Assembly: GCA_965261005.1 (NCBI GenBank)
Contig: OZ253375.1
Coordinates: 2,048,001-2,112,000 of the forward strand
Origin: Deinococcus sp.
Lineage (GTDB): Bacteria; Deinococcota; Deinococci; Deinococcales; Deinococcaceae
DNA: 64,000 nt
Reading direction: 5' to 3'
Position 1 is the stretch's first letter, and every line of letters starts with the position of its first letter. Positions 61,922-64,000 of the stretch are shown here, piece after piece. Both the position numbers and the translations under genes were made by a program. The notes beneath the pieces were generated by a model. The model was not told where the DNA came from. It saw only the letters and a list, made by a program, of their open reading frames with translations, and searched no databases.

Positions 61922-62051
61922 TCTGCGTGCCCTGCTGCGGCGAGGCCGCTTGGCGTGTGATGGTTCGGGGGCGTGTGGTGGTTTAGGGTCATGTACTGAT
62001 GGTGAGCGCCCGGGCAGCTTCGCGCGTCCTCCCACCGGATTAGGACGAGGC

Positions 62052-62723
62052 TTACTCCCGCCGTGACAGCAAGCCTAAAGACATGGCGAGTTGCACCGCC
62101 TCCAAACGGTCGCGCGCCCCCAGCTTGGCGAGGATGTTCGAGACGTGAACCTTGACTGTGCTCTCTGACAGGCTCAGCGCGCCGGCAATGCGCTTGTTTG
62201 CCAGGCCGCGCGCGATCAGGGCCAGCACTTCCCGCTCGCGCGGCGTGAGGCCCTCGCTTGGGCTGGGCGCCTGAGACACGCGGACGGCCAGGGCCTCGGC
62301 GAGCTTATGTGCGACGCTGGGCTGCACGTAGCGCTCGCCGCGCGCGACCCGCACAATCGCGTCGCGCAGCGTCTGAACGCTCACGTCCTTGAGCAAATAC
62401 CCCGCGACGCCCGCCGTGAGGCCCGCGACCATGTCCACCTCGTCCTCAAAGGTCGTGAGGAGCATCACGCGCGCGCCAAAGCGGGCTTGCAGTTCGCCCG
62501 CGGCGCGCACGCCCCCCATGCCCGGCATACGAACGTCCATCAGCACCACGTCCGCGCGGCGGTGGCCGAACCACGCCAGGGCCGCCTCGCCGCTGTCAAC
62601 CGCGCCGAGAACCGCAAGTGAGTTGCCGCGATTCAGCAGCGTTTCCAGGCCAACCCGGACCCACGGCTGATCGTCTACGATCAGGAGCGTTATGGGCGTA
62701 TTCGGCTCGGCAACGTCAGCCAC
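62052..62723 (-). CDS. NarL/LuxR-family response regulator
   Basis: IVDDQ, LMDVRMPGMGG, GYLLKD and LTPREREVL...TVKVHVSNILAKL motifs. Confidence 0.95.
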   Translation of the reverse strand: MADVAEPNTPITLLIVDDQPWVRVGLETLLNRGNSLAVLGAVDSGEAALAWFGHRRADVVLMDVRMPGMGGVRAAGELQARFGARVMLLTTFEDEVDMVAGLTAGVAGYLLKDVSVQTLRDAIVRVARGERYVQPSVAHKLAEALAVRVSQAPSPSEGLTPREREVLALIARGLANKRIAGALSLSESTVKVHVSNILAKLGARDRLEAVQLAMSLGLLSRRE

Positions 62724-63976
62724 AAGCGCACCTGCCCTTTCCCGAACGACAAGCCCGCGTCGCCTCCGAGCTGGGCGGCGCGTTCGCGCAGCCCCCGCAC
62801 ACCTCGCCCCTCGGCATGCCCCCGTTCATGAGCAGAAGGCGGGAGGGCGCAGACATTGGTCGCCTCAAAGCGCACCCCGCCAGGCTCGGCGCGCAGGCAG
62901 AGGGCAATGGCTTGCCCCGGCGCATGCTTTCCGGCGTTCGTGAGCGCTTCCTGGGCAGCGCGGTAGACCGCGAGCTTGCCCGCGCCGCTCAAGTCGGCGC
63001 TCACGTCCTCTAAGTGCAGGGTGACTTGGGCGCTGGGAACCTGAGCGCTGGGCGCCCAAACACGGACCAGCCGCTGCAACGCCAACCGAAGGTCGCCGTC
63101 CGCCCCTGCGGGCGCCCGCAGGACGTCCGGTTGCAGGGTATCGGGTTGCAGGGTGTCCACGGCGCGGCGCAAGTCGGTGAGGGCCTCAGCGTTGCGGTCC
63201 AGGGCGCGCGCCACGGCGGCGGCCTGCGCGCCCGTCAACGCCGCCGCGTCCTCGCTGAGAAGCTGCAAATCGAAGCGTTGCGCCGTGAGGTGGTGACCCA
63301 GCGTGTCGTGCAATTCGCGTGAAATGCGCGCGCGCTCTTCCACCGACGCGCGGCTCACTTCGAGATCGCGGTAGCGCGAAACTTCCCGGTGGCTGGCCGT
63401 GATCTCTTGGCGCGAACGGGCTTCGCGCAGCGCGAGTTCGAAGGTGAGCAGCAAGTAAGCGCCAAGCGCGCCCGCCGCAACGGTCAAGGTCAACACGTCC
63501 GGCGGCGACCTTCCCAGGCCCAACCCTCCCAGACTCGGGCGCCCCAAGTCGAGCAGCGCCGCCCCGCGTCCCCCAAACGAGATCAACAGCAGCGGCGCCA
63601 TCATCAGCACGCTGGCGACCGCCGCGCGCGTCAAACTCGTGCGGACGCGGAACACCAGCGGTAAGTACGCCAGCGCGAGAATTGGCGTGTAGTACAAGGT
63701 CAGCAGCGCCGTGGCCAGCGTGAGAACCGCGACGCTGATCCCAAAGGAGCGCCAAGCGGGCCGCACCAAGTCCACGCAGCGCAGCACGGCCAACACGACC
63801 AGCGCCGCCAATCCGGCGCGCACCAACACCGCCCAAGGATCGGAAAACGGCGCCTGCGCGCCGCGCCGCGCAAAGGGCGGCACGGTCAGGGTAAACAGCA
63901 GCACCAACGCGACGTTCAGCGACGCGAACAGCACCACGATTTTGGAGGCCGGGCTGAGAGGTACGAACCAACGCAT
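62690..63976 (-). CDS. HisKA_3 sensor histidine kinase
   Basis: ERARISRELHDTLGHHLT, YRAAQEALTNAGKHA and GRG.RGLRERA motifs. Confidence 0.93.
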   Translation of the reverse strand: MRWFVPLSPASKIVVLFASLNVALVLLFTLTVPPFARRGAQAPFSDPWAVLVRAGLAALVVLAVLRCVDLVRPAWRSFGISVAVLTLATALLTLYYTPILALAYLPLVFRVRTSLTRAAVASVLMMAPLLLISFGGRGAALLDLGRPSLGGLGLGRSPPDVLTLTVAAGALGAYLLLTFELALREARSRQEITASHREVSRYRDLEVSRASVEERARISRELHDTLGHHLTAQRFDLQLLSEDAAALTGAQAAAVARALDRNAEALTDLRRAVDTLQPDTLQPDVLRAPAGADGDLRLALQRLVRVWAPSAQVPSAQVTLHLEDVSADLSGAGKLAVYRAAQEALTNAGKHAPGQAIALCLRAEPGGVRFEATNVCALPPSAHERGHAEGRGVRGLRERAAQLGGDAGLSFGKGQVRLWLTLPSRIRP

Positions 63977-64000
63977 GTCCCTCAAGTTTAGAACATCGTA

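Overview
High-GC chromosomal region, almost certainly Deinococcus or a close relative. This is inferred from gene content, SNR/SRE-type short repeats and pervasive leaderless genes. Core genes include mutL, hrpB, ffh, cimA, hbd, thiolase, araB, glpK/glpD, gntK, fumC, ypdA, dGTPase, tRNA-Lys(TTT) and tRNA-Leu(TAA). These are interspersed with accessory genes, gene scars and mobile DNA: a partial IS4, a complete IS1 and a TnpA-less IS200/IS605 (tnpB) element. The most striking structure is a three-level nest at 10.9-13.0 kb. A tnpB element with an intact RuvC is inserted after TTGAC inside the end of a short genomic repeat, which itself splits a vapBC operon whose antitoxin begins with ACG. The predicted omega-RNA guide is therefore repeat-derived. 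Other points of interest are a decayed array of translationally coupled paralogues between two IS elements, a MerR-TipAS-HEAT fusion with an internal start, an orphan MazE9-like antitoxin fragment, an uncharacterised toxin-antitoxin pair, and repeats that sit on stop codons. All calls come from reading the sequence by eye; no database searches were run.
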